Assembly: GCA_903813345.2 (NCBI GenBank)
Contig: CAIIXF020000001.1
Span: forward strand, 11,718,001-11,782,000
Origin: Owenia fusiformis
Taxonomy: Eukaryota
Direction of reading: 5' to 3'
DNA length: 64,000 nt
Below, one piece after another: positions 1 to 12,436 of this stretch. The position numbers and the translations under genes were made by a program. The first letter of the stretch is position 1, and each line of letters starts with the position of its first letter. Under the pieces are notes generated by a model, which was not told the origin of the DNA, made no database searches, and worked only from the letters and a program-made list of their open reading frames with translations.

Positions 1-1780
1 TCAACACACTCTACAAACTTCAAGAAAAGCTCGAGTTTTTTTAAACGTAACTTTACTTGTTGACTTTGGTCCTAAATTCTGAGACACCTGAATTCATTAT
101 ATTTTTGAGAATTTGAAGAATAACTGTCACACATGCTTATTTTATTCTTTGATTTTGGATGATCTATTTAAGAAGTAGCTTTTTTCTTGAATATTTAATT
201 ACCTGAAATCCCAGAGTCAAATTGATTTTGTTATTGTTTTATGCACTTTTGTTACAGATAAAAGACACCGTCCTGTTTCATGATCAGATACGAACAATCT
301 ATGATTAATCTCAAAAGTCAGCCGACTGTCTACCAACCAGGGAACATTCCTTCCATTTACTAGGATTGAAATTACAATAAAAATTGGAATGAAATGGCAG
401 CAGCAAGTTATTTCCATAGTTTTGATATTCTGATTAATAATGTGATATTCCTTTGGAAACAGAAGTCAAAACAAATGTGGTCTGGAAGTAATCATTGTAA
501 CTAACAGGTTATAAAGAACTGAAGATTAAAACTTGATCAACTTATCCTAATCACCTTCCATATGGTTTGCCCCAGGGCTCAAATTATTTTCCTTTTTAGG
601 GAATAATTGGGCCTTCTTTTCAACAATACTCTTCTTATATAAAATAAGTTTCAATGAAATGGCAGGAATCAGTTATTGAAAATTGACAGATTTTAAATAG
701 ACAGACAGATGGACATATATGGTGAAACATTTATGCAAAATTAAATCTTTCATTTACAAGTTAGCATTACTTTGTTTAGAAACATCCTTTGACATTCATC
801 ATTTCAATAGTTTGCAGTCACTCTTAAAAAAATTCTCACAAAAGTAGGGCAAACTGGAAACGTAGATTAAATTACAAATACAGGGTGGTCAAAAAATGGA
901 AACCCTTACGCCATTTTCCTCATATCTTTGTAATCTTAAAAAATAACTCCCTGATATTTACACATTTGTACATCATTCAATTCCGTACCAGCCAAATATA
1001 TTTCATGACCATCAGATTGATAGTCACAATGTTACAGCACTTTAAAGAACATGCCCCAGTATAGTAGCCACTTTTATGCTTTTGGCAAACCTGCACACAT
1101 AGTCCAAAATGTCCATACCTGTAAAGATACGTCAATGATAGAGTGTATGAGAATGTACTCAAACAATTGAGGACCTCAAAAGTGAGATCTTCCATGTCAT
1201 TCAGGCCATATCAGTTGAGAAATGCATTCGGGTCATTGACAACTGTGCAGGTTTGACTACAGCGCGATAATGCCCAAATCTGTAGCATGTTGTTCAAAGT
1301 GCTGTAAAATTGTGACTATCAGTCTGGTGGTCATGAAATATAGTAGGGTGATAGGTAGAGGTGTCAAGTATTAACCGGTTAACCGGTTAACCGCCGATAA
1401 TGCCTTGACCGGTCTGTGTTTTTATGGGTGGTTAGTTGACCGTGTATAATTCTGTTATTTCCCGGGCTAATATTGCATGCTCATCTGTTTGCTTTTAAAG
1501 TGTCAGTTTCACGTAAGCTACTCATACATGTCATAAGTCCGATAACTCCTTACAAACATCCAATCAGCAACTTTAATCCCTGCCACATTGCTTTCCCGAG
1601 CTTACCTTGCATGTTAATCTGTTTGTTTTTCAAGTGTCAGTTTCATGTGAGCTACTCATACACGTGATAGTTCCGATCACTCCTTACAAACATCCAATCA
1701 GCACCTTTAATCGCCGCCACATTGATTTCCCGCGATTACTTTGCATGTTAAATCTGTTTGTTTTTCAAGTGTCAGCCATG

Positions 1781-4700
1781 TAGGCTAGGCAAATGGAAGT
1801 TTAACATCCCAAAAATTGCAACTGTTTTTAAATTAGGCCTTTATTGTATATTGATACCAGTTGAAAAACATATCAAAAATATAGAAAAATATATGCAGTG
1901 GACAAATATGAAATGTCACATTCTAGGTACCCCCCTCCAAATTTGAGTATGGGATTGTAAATATTTTTTAATTTCAAAATTAAATGCTCTTGTCAACTAA
2001 ATGAGTAATATTATGATAGTTTACTGACATAAGAGCAACTAAAAATTGTTAACCAACTATTTGAGTGCAATAATTGGCATTTCTAGCCCCAAATATCTTA
2101 AAATAAGCCATCAAATAGCCCGAATTTAATATAACAATGTATTTATTTCTGTATCAATTCATCAGAATTGCATGAAAAAAATCAAGGAGGTTAATGTATA
2201 CCTGAAAATTGTATTTGATCAGTATCAGGGTCATTAATTGAATATTCAGGGTGATAATAATATTTGAAATTTCAATATTTTACCACACCAACTTTTGGGG
2301 TGACCTTACTTTTGTTTAATTACTTCCAAGATATGTCATATTTGAACTCAACAGCACAACTAAACTATTTGTAAAGGCTTATTTTGTCCTGAAAACAGTT
2401 ATTTGATGTTTTCAGGGAAGGATTATGTAAAAAAAAGTAGAAAAACTGCAAATGGCAGGTGAAATATAGGGGAAGCCCTACTTTTAGTTGATAACTGCTA
2501 AATTATCAAATGTTTTGCCCTTATTATATTCAATTTGATACATTTTCTGTTAAAACAGAGAACGATTTGTTAGAAATTAAGTACAATCAGTGTTCTAAAA
2601 ATAGCCTTGAAAAGGCAACAAAATGTTAAATATCCCTGTCCCTGACATCAGGTTATTAATATGAGCCAAAAAAGGTAACCCAACCAAATTTTTGTTTATA
2701 ACCCAGTCATTCAGCATGGGTTTGACATCATATTTTGCACAATTACCTTGTTCAATGTTCTTTCATTCTACTAAGTGTCATTGATCTATCCTTAATAGTC
2801 ACGATTTTATGGCCATTTACAAAATGTGCTCAAAATATCGAAATGTGCCTAAATGACTGGACATCAATACCACCAGCTTTTTATATGTGGACCTATTTTC
2901 TATACTTACAACCCTTGAAACATTAAAACAAGAGATAAGAATGAATATGAGAGTCATAACACACGATTTTTATGCTCCTGATTTGAAAAACTACGGCCGA
3001 TACGTTCAAGTTGACCTCCAGGCATGACGCCCATATTTCATGGCATGGTATAAAATGGCCATAAAATCGTGACCACTAGAGATAGACCACTGAGACTAGA
3101 TTGATAATACATTGACCAAGGCTCAATTCTGCAAAATATGACACTAAATTCATGCAGGATGACTGGACTGGGTTATTAAGATTTGTTTGGGTTTCCTTTT
3201 TAGCTCACCCTGTATTAAGGAAAATTGTTGCTTTTGACTAAGATGTTCTTAACCACACTGTGATATTGAGAATTGAAATGAAGAAGTTCAACTGTAGAAT
3301 GTTGGATTTCAAGATGAAATTCACTAAAAAATGAGGAAAAGGTTTCTATGCTAATAAATTATACTGAGTTAACTAGTGTAACGCAAAGTAAATCCCTGGT
3401 CATGGGCATGGTTCGATTACGTTATGTTCATTATCAAAAATGCTGCCTTCATTTTGTAATCTTAACTTACATATATGTGTCTTACTTATAGAGAGCAAAA
3501 AATAATGCTGATTAAATAAGCTTAATACTTTTATGTTGTAACAACAATCACTTTCAACCTTGCCTATCAGCAGCCTTCATTTTTTAGTCATCATTATTTT
3601 CATGATCAGTAATGGAGGTATTTGCACAAATGCCTTTGCATACCTTACATGCCATAGAACAGTTATTCCATTTTCTGCAAGTACATCTCATAGAAGTTCA
3701 ATCTGTCTTACACACACAATGGATGATCTCTAAGAGAGGGGAGCTGCAGGTAGGCAATAGACTAGATACGAGTAGAAATATTCATTAAATATTCAAAATT
3801 CAAAATGATGTCATATTTGAAATATTCCCCATAGACCCCATGTTACAAAATCACAAAAATTGGATTATCTTATCTTGTATTGGACAGATAACATTTTCTT
3901 TTACTGGACATATTTTAATTTGCATAACTATTAGATACATAAGGGTTATATGAAAATTGAACCACGCAAATAGATGTAATTAAGTTAGGGAACTTTCTAC
4001 TATACCAGCCATGCTATCTGACCCAAATGAACCATCTGGTGGTGAATCTGGTAACTACCTACTCGCATCTGCGTTATTGGTACAAAAGCTTCGCTGCTTA
4101 TTTCCCAGCCCAATTATAATGGAGGCAGTTTATTTCCCTTCCACTCCTGGATCTGAAGGTACGCTCTATAACTGTGGTATCCCGCAGCATCAGACGTTGG
4201 AGGAAGAACACGGGGCTGCAATAATTCAGATCTTGCTGCTCTCTTTTAATAGAACTTTTGTTGTACGTTGTAACAAAATGTCAGAACATCGAAGGTATTA
4301 TGATTTTTCTTTTTTTCCTTATTTCACACGTTGTAGGCAGAATTCCCACAACATTGTTATCACAAACATGTATCAGTATAATATGTTTAAAAAATGCACA
4401 TATTTGCGAACAAATAGTTCAGAAGACAACAGAATCGTCGATTTAATTCCTCACTTAAGTTACATAAATGGTATTTCGATAAACAGTTAAGATCTGCACT
4501 TTTAACCCAAAACGTTTATGTAACTTAAGTGAGGAATTAAATCAAGAATTGTCTTCTAAGCTATTTTTGCGCAAACATGTACATTTTCTAAAACATGTGA
4601 TACTGATACACGATTGTGAGAAAAAACATCGTGGGGATTCTGCGTACAACGCGTGAAAAAAAAATCGCACATTCAACGTTTAGACATTTTGTCATACCTA

Positions 4701-6390
4701 AACGGGCGTATTCGAGCGGATCACCAGTGCCTTTGGTAATTTAAAAACGACCGCTTGTCTTCTCGCTTGTCTTCTCAAGAACTCACTCTTTTTTATCTGC
4801 CTCAATGTTAGCTTCTTGTCAATTCCATATATAACCAGAATGAGGTGTCACACCCCAGAAAAGCATGGATAAAGAAAATATTGTCACAGACCACTTTTCC
4901 CAAAGACAATCTTATTTCATTTATATCCAACATTTTGTTTCTTGGGTTGCTGCTTTTGGTTCAGGTTTGAAGAAAATGTTGAAGTTTGTGTTTTGTGCAT
5001 GATAAATGAGAAGCACAAGGAGAACTGTATGAGTACTGTATTTGAGGTTGGAACACTTTGGATTGCAGTCTTCACAATCACGATATCTGCATCCGATTCT
5101 GAATGCAGCACATGTACACTCAATGTTTTCCAACCTGACAGACAGAATTACCATCATTCCTATGCACTGAAATTATATTAATGAAAGACTCGCCAGATAT
5201 CTGAGATTTAAATGTGCTCTATCAGTTTAAATTACCTTTAATAACCATAAAATCGTTTCTACAACATTATACATCCAGTTCCAAAGGAATGTATTCTTAA
5301 GTAATGATTTATTTAATCTGATGAATTTAAATATATGCAAATTTTGTAATTGCGGATTGTAATTAATAATTTAAACAATATTAAATTCCACAGAAACTAC
5401 AATACATTATTTAGATAAGCCTAGTATAGAGCAGTTACCAAATACCCTAATATCAGAGTGGTGATATGTAATTATTCATCAATTAAAAGTGAGGTCACCT
5501 TAACATTTCACCTGGTGCAACTAATAATTCCTATTTTCATACTAATAAGGTATAAACCTTAACAAAACCTGTATTTTAGATGATGACAAGCCTATATAAA
5601 TGATTTAGATGTCCGACCCTAATACGAATGTCATGCATTGTGGGAGTTTGTCATCAAAACTATAGTCTCCCCTTTAGTGGTCGGGGCAAAACTATGAAAA
5701 TGATTTTTTTTTCTTCGTAAGTCTACACGTTAGAATTCTGATACTCACCAAATATTAAGTTCACATGAATATGTAACACCATGATTTTTTTCATGCTTTT
5801 CTGACAATCTGATCCTAAAATATCTTAATAGATATTCAAAAAACTATAGTCTCCCCTATTGGGCGGGGCAAAACTATGAAAAAGAAATAATTTTTTTCTT
5901 CCTAAGTTTACAAGTTAGAAGTCTGATACTCACCAAATATGAAGTTCATATGAATATGTAACACCATGATTTTTTTCATGGTTTTCTGACAAACTGATCC
6001 TAAAATATTTAAACAGATATGTGTTAACATGCCTGTTTTTTGGCCTACTTTGTTATACTTTGGGGTCAAATGACCAATTACTGGTCTCAGAAATGATCAA
6101 AACGATATTTTAATTATTTGTGAATATGTGACCTATCGTAATAAAGCTTGAATACTTGACTAAAGTATTCCATTTGGGAACAAAAAATTGTTTCCTACCA
6201 ATACTCAATTTTGGGGTAGGGTTGTAGGGGGTACCTAGGAAGTGAAATTTCATATTTGTCCACTGCATACATTTTTCTATATTTTTGATATGTTTTCCAA
6301 CTGATATCAATACATAATATAAGACTAATTTAAAAACTGTTGCAATTTTTGGGATGTTTGGGCCTTTTATGAGCCCATTTGCTTGGCCTA
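1781..6390 (-). mobile_element. Degenerate Academ (AcademX-like) DNA transposon, copy 1
   Basis: Termini TAGGC...GCCTA with 3-bp TSD ATG and ~450-bp imperfect TIRs. Minus-strand transposase remnants: XPG/PIN-like [14 protein letters not shown]...LLVLL...[31 protein letters not shown], and a Cys-rich finger CVCKTD*TSMRCTCRKWNNCSMACKVCKGICAN. Confidence 0.8.
3585..5160 (-). pseudogene. Frameshifted C-terminal fragment of Academ transposase (XPG-like nuclease + Cys8 finger)
   Basis: ORFs 4917-5123 and 4921-5157 plus manual translation of 3585-4250 and 4790-4920. Contains stops and frameshifts and is split by a palindromic insertion at ~4265-4700. Confidence 0.7.
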
Positions 6391-7207
6391 ATGTGTAATC
6401 AACTCATATTGCAAAAGAATTTCATAAATAAATTATATGCATTTTTTAATTCGTCAGTTTTGTCTATCAACGTCGCCAAAATGTCAAAGGTCAAAGCATC
6501 GCTTTGGTAGTGAGAAAATTAAAATTAAAATAAACACTAATCAGCTGCAATTCTCGCTGTTATGGTGCGTTCGTGGAGATTCCAAGGGTAAACCAGTGTG
6601 GTAATTTAGAGGTACCGGTAGTCAGGTAGTGTATGAATAGAACAGAGTAAAGCTTGACGAACGTAAAAAATAAACGCTGATATATCATTTTTCCAATTTT
6701 TTTCAACTTTCAAGATCGAAGATGAAGATTTCATTTGAAATTATCAGTTCAAATTTCCCGCCGGTTAACCGACTTTAACCGGTAAAAACATCCGGTTAAC
6801 CGGTTAATGCTCAAGCAGTTAATTGACACCACTAGTGATAGGAAAATGAATGATGTACAAATGTGTGAAATATCACACATGATATGAGGAAAATGCAGGG
6901 TTTCCATTTTTTGACCACCCTGTATATCAAGGATGATTATAACCCAAATAAAAATAATACAATGGGATAACTCAATATGATCAATGGGATTAGCTCATCA
7001 TGAAGGGTTTGATGTGAGAGCATGCATAGATGGAAAATGTATATTCTCTTTCATCCCAATGTCATTGATTTATTTAATTTGCCAATGTTTCAAGCATTGA
7101 ATATTCTGTATACATAAGAAAATACAAGATTTCATCACATTTTTATAGCACCCAGAACATGAATAATACTGCTCTCAATGATGATCGATCGCTGTTTCTA
7201 CATGTAC

Positions 7208-7341
7208 AACACATTCCTTATCCTATGTATTGTCATATAAACACATTCCTTATCCTATATATTGTCATATAAACATATTCCTTATCCTATATATTGTCAT
7301 AAACACATTCCTTATCCTATATATTGTCATAAACATGTTCC
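7208..7341. repeat. Minisatellite, ~4 copies of 30-32 bp (AACACATTCCTTATCCTATATATTGTCAT)
   Basis: Direct tandem copies are visible. Confidence 0.9.
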
Positions 7342-10300
7342 TTTTCGGTGCTCTCCCAACCATTTCTGTAAGAAGGGCTTGCTATTTTAAGTGCATTTAG
7401 AATTTTGAAATTTTTAAACAACCTTTAGGATTTTGTAATTTTTGTGCAAAATCTGAAGAATTTCTTATTATTTCTTGTGACATTTTAGAAGGCACATTAA
7501 ACTGATGGTGGATCATATTGATTTCATGAAATAAAATACTGGGAGAATATTGATCTTGAAATTGATGGAATTCAGAAAGGAGCTGTCAACTTCAGATATC
7601 TGAATATGATGAGAACATTGCTTATCCTTATAAGAAGGAACTGAGTAGACAAAAGCATAAGCCTTGTACGTTGTACTTTAAAGAGACTTTTTGTAAGTGT
7701 TAAACTGAGGTGAAGCATACATCAATGAAATCAAAACGTTTTTAACCAGACATACCATGCATGTAATATTATACAAATTCCAAATATTGGAATGGAGTAA
7801 ATGATATACGAAGACAGATGTGTTTTAAAAAGTTAAGAAAAGATTGATGTTTTTATAATCATGATCGACATTTCTTATGTGCCAGACTTGTTCCTGGTAC
7901 GAGACAACTCCTAATTTTTTAATCAATTCATTGTGATCCCCAGTATGGATTACACTCAGCTTTTAAAAAATCATTTATATGCCACGTAGGACTTCACATA
8001 TCGGAATAATTCACCTAGCATCAAAAAGAACATAAAATAGTCCATGGATTACTCTAACAAGCCCCTGTGTGTCAAATTAGTTTAAATTGAAGAATTACAC
8101 CTGTAATACTCCTAATACCTTGGTAACGTTTGTTAGAAAAATAATTAAGGTATTGATTGGTTGAACTCATTTTCATGTCACTGTAACCTTCAACATATTA
8201 GACACGTTAAAGATGCGTGATAGGTGATTCCCAAATTCGCATTGGCTTTCAACCACATCCTTTTGAAAGCGAGGTTAATTATCCAAAACCAACCTTGACT
8301 GTTTTTGGTAACACCAAGATAGGTCAAGATGTTCAAATTGTTTACTGATCAAATCCTCCTAGATAACGCAAACACCAAGATGTAGCAAATCCCATTGAAT
8401 AGCCATGGCTTGCTATTTTTTCGAAATGGCAACTCACAAGCCAAATTGTATTGAGAAAGTGTAGCATGCTTCTAATTATTCACAAAATCGCTCCCCAACT
8501 TTTGAGTTACACTAAAAAACGTAAGATAACACATGTAAATATGATGGCCGCCTATTTCCAAAGTGTCATAATAAGCAATGTACCATGCTAATTCAAATAT
8601 GAACGAAATCACTCCATTACTTTTCCAGTTACAGCAAAAATCATAAAATAATTAGTAACTTTTACTCACATGGGATATACATCTAAGATATAAACGATAT
8701 TGAGCCAACAGTATTTGAGTCATTGCCTGGACAGACAGATGTATGGACAGATGGAGCCATTTTTCTATAATATCCCTCCTGAAACTTCGTTCAATGGGAT
8801 AATAATTTCTAATATGGCCATAACTGGTCCTCATGTGACCATATGTTAAAAAAGATAGAATTAATTAAATTTGAAATAGTTTCTTTTGGAATTCTTCAAA
8901 AACAATGCTTTACAATAAAATAGTAATGCACAACAAAAGCACCCTGGTGATGAGATGGTTAATTTAACAATTTGTAACCAGTAAACCCCAGTAAGGTCAG
9001 ACCAAAGAAGCTGACACTCACTTTCTAAATGGTACATTGGAACCTAATAGGACAAATTGCATCGCGATAGCCGTGCCCCCTTTGTCTTTATCCTTCTCTC
9101 GCAAACGGGAGATAAGAGGGGCTCTGGCATACCAGAATGGACAAATTGTGTCATTTATTTTTCATTAGCAGCAAATGTGACTGAGGCTTAATCTCTGAAC
9201 TCGCTGAGCCAACCAGCTGCAGAGCTTGTTGTTGATAGATGGCCATTTTCTATATATGGCCATTTTGGACGTTTTCATAGAAGTATTGACCAAAATTTAA
9301 ATATTATTATAACATGTTTCTGATCAGTGCTTGAGAAAATACAAGCATGATAGGTTTGAGCTAATTTATGCCCATGAGTGTGCTGGCCACCAGCAGAGGA
9401 GGTGGGCTGCAAAACAATAAAATTGTCTAATAACCTATTCAAAGAATTGTTTAGAACTAACATTTGCGCTCAGAGTAAAGCACTCCCAAAGTTAACACTA
9501 TATAACAATTTCATTTACCAATATTCTTTGCAGACTGCAGAGATCTACCTCAAATGAAGAAGACTTCTATTAATAGATATTTAAAAACACAAATCAGACA
9601 CAAAACACTTCATCCAACCCACTAAACCTATATTTTCTTAGAAAAGATTTCTTCCTATTACTAATTGTGAATTGTTCCCTAAGACTGAACTGCGGTCCGA
9701 TAGTATATGAGGTAACATAAAAACCTTATTTAGATTACTCAATTCACATATCTGCTCCCGGATTTTAACCCGAGGCTTGCTATCATCATGGATAATATAT
9801 AACAGTCACTTTCAGACTGTTCAAACTAAACTAAGTTGATCCATCAAAATATTTATCTTCATCAGCAGTTTGTTTTCATTACATAAAAGCTATTTGAAAC
9901 TTTTGCCCGTAAACTAACAAAAGTTGCATTAAAACGGGTAGAAACCGCCACAGGCCCGACTTTTCATACCTCAGATCAATTCATCTGTTTTTCATCACAT
10001 GGTTTAAGGTTAATTCTCTTCCCCTTGCCTAATAGAGTATTCTCTAACACAAACAAATCGATGATCTTATTTTTCTAACAAGGTCGGCCTGACATTTTTC
10101 ATAATCCAGTCTTACAAAAAGGAACTTTTTTTTTTCCCTGCGGGGACTTTCTTTATACTCCTCCCACTTACGAAAAAAATATAAGTATGAAAAATCATAT
10201 GTGCTAATTTTGATAAATTGGTTTAAACATAATTGATTTTCTTTTATTTATTAACCCCGAAAACCTGCTCTTGCAATGAAGTTTCAAACATCAGTTGGCT

Positions 10301-11002
10301 TATAGTCTGGCTTCCAAGATCAATTAACAAAGGGAATGGTATAAATGTCTGGGAATTTTTCTTGCCTTTTAGTTATAGAGTATACACAAATAAGCAAATA
10401 TCTCATATTAATTGGAGATATGTTCCTCCGAAATAAACTCCCTGGCCTCGCCAAACACAAAAATGGTTCTGTCCCCTTCCCCTAATACTAATTACAACAT
10501 ACTTAGTTATAATTCTTATTGAAAATGCATATTTTGATACATTCCCTTTAAACCAGGCATCTCAAGGCTAGAAAGGGAAAGTGATGACACGGTTTAACTA
10601 TCATGATGGATTAGTTCATGATCATGGGGAGTTAATTCCCTACAGTAGATAACTGACTTACCTTATGAAGTAATTTAGTAATCAATAAGAACAAATCGAC
10701 CTTTTCTAGATCCGTTTGAAATCTCCTTGAACCTTGTTTATAATCAGCCTTGAGGTTTGTACATTTAACCCATTTAACCATCAATAACTTACCTTTTCTT
10801 CTATCTTATACAAGTATGATGAAATTTTTGTATTTTCAATCATAAGTTCGAGTTAAACTTAAATTCTATTCTGCTTACAACAGTTTAATTCACAATGTGT
10901 TGAGTTAAACCATTTGAGGTCTACAAAGCGTTCTCAAAAAGATTAGGAAAATTTTCATTGACATAATGTTGAAATATCTTAAAAAGTTGAGATGATAGAA
11001 GT

Positions 11003-12436
11003 AACAAGGCACAGACGTGAACAATATCGTACCTAAAACACAGCAGTATGACAGTGAAGAATTTAGGACAGAAAATCCAAAATGGCCACCTTAAAATTTA
11101 CCCAGAATTCCCAAAAACGAATCAGTTCTTAACTTTGATACGCAGAAACATCCCTGAAAATTTCAGATGAATCCATCAAATGGTTTGGCTGGAAACCTGT
11201 AGACAAGTCTTGAAAGTGAAGATTTTAGGACGGAAAATCCAAAATGGCCACCTTAAAATTAACCAAGAATGCCCAAAAACTAATCAGTTGTTAACTTTGA
11301 TATGTAGAAACATCCCTGTAAATTTCAAATGAATCCGTCAAATGGTTTGGCTGGAAACCTGTAGACAAGTCTTGAAAGTGAAGATTTTAGGACGGAAAAT
11401 CCAAAATGGCCACCTTAAATTTTACCCAGAATGCCCAAAAACTAATCAGTTCTTAACTTTGATACGTAGAAACATCCCTGAAAATTTCAGATGAATCCGT
11501 CAAATGGTTTGGCTGGAAACCTGTAGACAAGTCTTGAAAGTGAAGATTTTAGGACGGAAAATCCAAAATGTCCACCTTAAAATTTACCCAGAATGCCCAA
11601 AAACTAATCAGTTGTTAACTTTGATATGTAGAAACATCCCTGTAAATTTCAAATGAATCCGTCAAATGGTTTGGCTGGAAACCTGTAGACAAGTCTTGAA
11701 AGTGAAGATTTTAGGACGGAAAATCCAAAATGGCCACCTTAAATTTTACCCAAAATGCCAAAAAACTAATCAGTTCTTAACTTTGATACGTAGAAACATC
11801 CCTGAAAATTTCAGATGAATCCGTCAAATGGTTTGGCTGGAAACCTGTAGACAAGTCTTGAAAGTGAAGATTTTAGGACGGAAAATCCAAAATGGCCACC
11901 TTAAAATTTACCCAGAATGCCCAAAAACTAATCAGTTCTTAACTTTGATACGTAGAAACATCCCTGAAAATTTCAGATGAATCCGTCAAATGGTTTGGCT
12001 GGAAACCTGTAGACAAGTCTTGAAAGTGAAAATTTTAGGACGGAAAAACCAAAATGGCCACCTTAAAATTTACCCAGAATGCCCAAAAACTAATCCGTTC
12101 TTAACTTTGATACGTAGAAACATTCCTGAAAATTTCAGATTAATCCGTCAAATGGTTTGGCTGGAAACCTGTAGACAAGTCTTGAAAGTGAAGATTTTAG
12201 GATGGAAAATCAAAAATGGCCACCTTAAAATTTACCCAGAATGCCCAAAAACTAATCAGTTCTTAACTTTGATAGGTAGAAACATTCCTGAAAATTTCAG
12301 ATGAATCTGTCATATGGTTTGGCTGGAAACCTGTAGACATGCTGAAAAGTGAGACGCCGCCCGCCGCCCACCCGCCCGCCGCCCGCCGCCCGCCAAGCTG
12401 ACGACAATATCGTACCTTTATTAGGTACGATAAAAA
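11003..12436 (-). mobile_element. Helentron-associated (HINE/DINE-1-like) non-autonomous element carrying a satellite array
   Basis: AACAAGG end; motif AATATCGTACCT at 11023-11034 and 12406-12417, the latter pairing with AGGTACGATA (12423-12432) as a hairpin; (CCGC)n microsatellite at ~12355-12394; A-run end; central tandem array. Confidence 0.65.
11048..12352. repeat. Satellite array, 8 x 162 bp
   Basis: ATGGTTTGGCTGG recurs at 11180, 11342, 11504, 11666, 11828, 11990, 12152 and 12314. Confidence 0.95.

Larger units (their letters stand above)
1356..6834. mobile_element. Non-autonomous hAT-type element
   Basis: TIRs TAGAGGTGTCAA / TTGACACCACTA; 8-bp TSD GTGATAGG at 1348-1355 and 6835-6842; subterminal AACCGGTT repeats at both ends; internal ~134-bp tandem duplication at 1474-1775. 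Confidence 0.8.
881..6922. mobile_element. Tc1/mariner-type MITE (outermost element of a nested cluster)
   Basis: TA|CAGGGTGGTCAAAAAATGGAAACCC at 879-905 and the inverse GGGTTTCCATTTTTTGACCACCCTG|TA ending at 6922-6924. Long internal inverted arms are interrupted at 1356-6834. Confidence 0.8.

Noticed and set aside
4011-4490. 159-aa plus-strand ORF
   Set aside because: Antisense to the Academ transposase remnant and runs into a MITE; not conserved intact in copy 2.
11990-12304. 104-aa ORF with a 54-aa periodicity
   Set aside because: By-product of the 162-bp satellite; most units contain a TGA stop in this frame.
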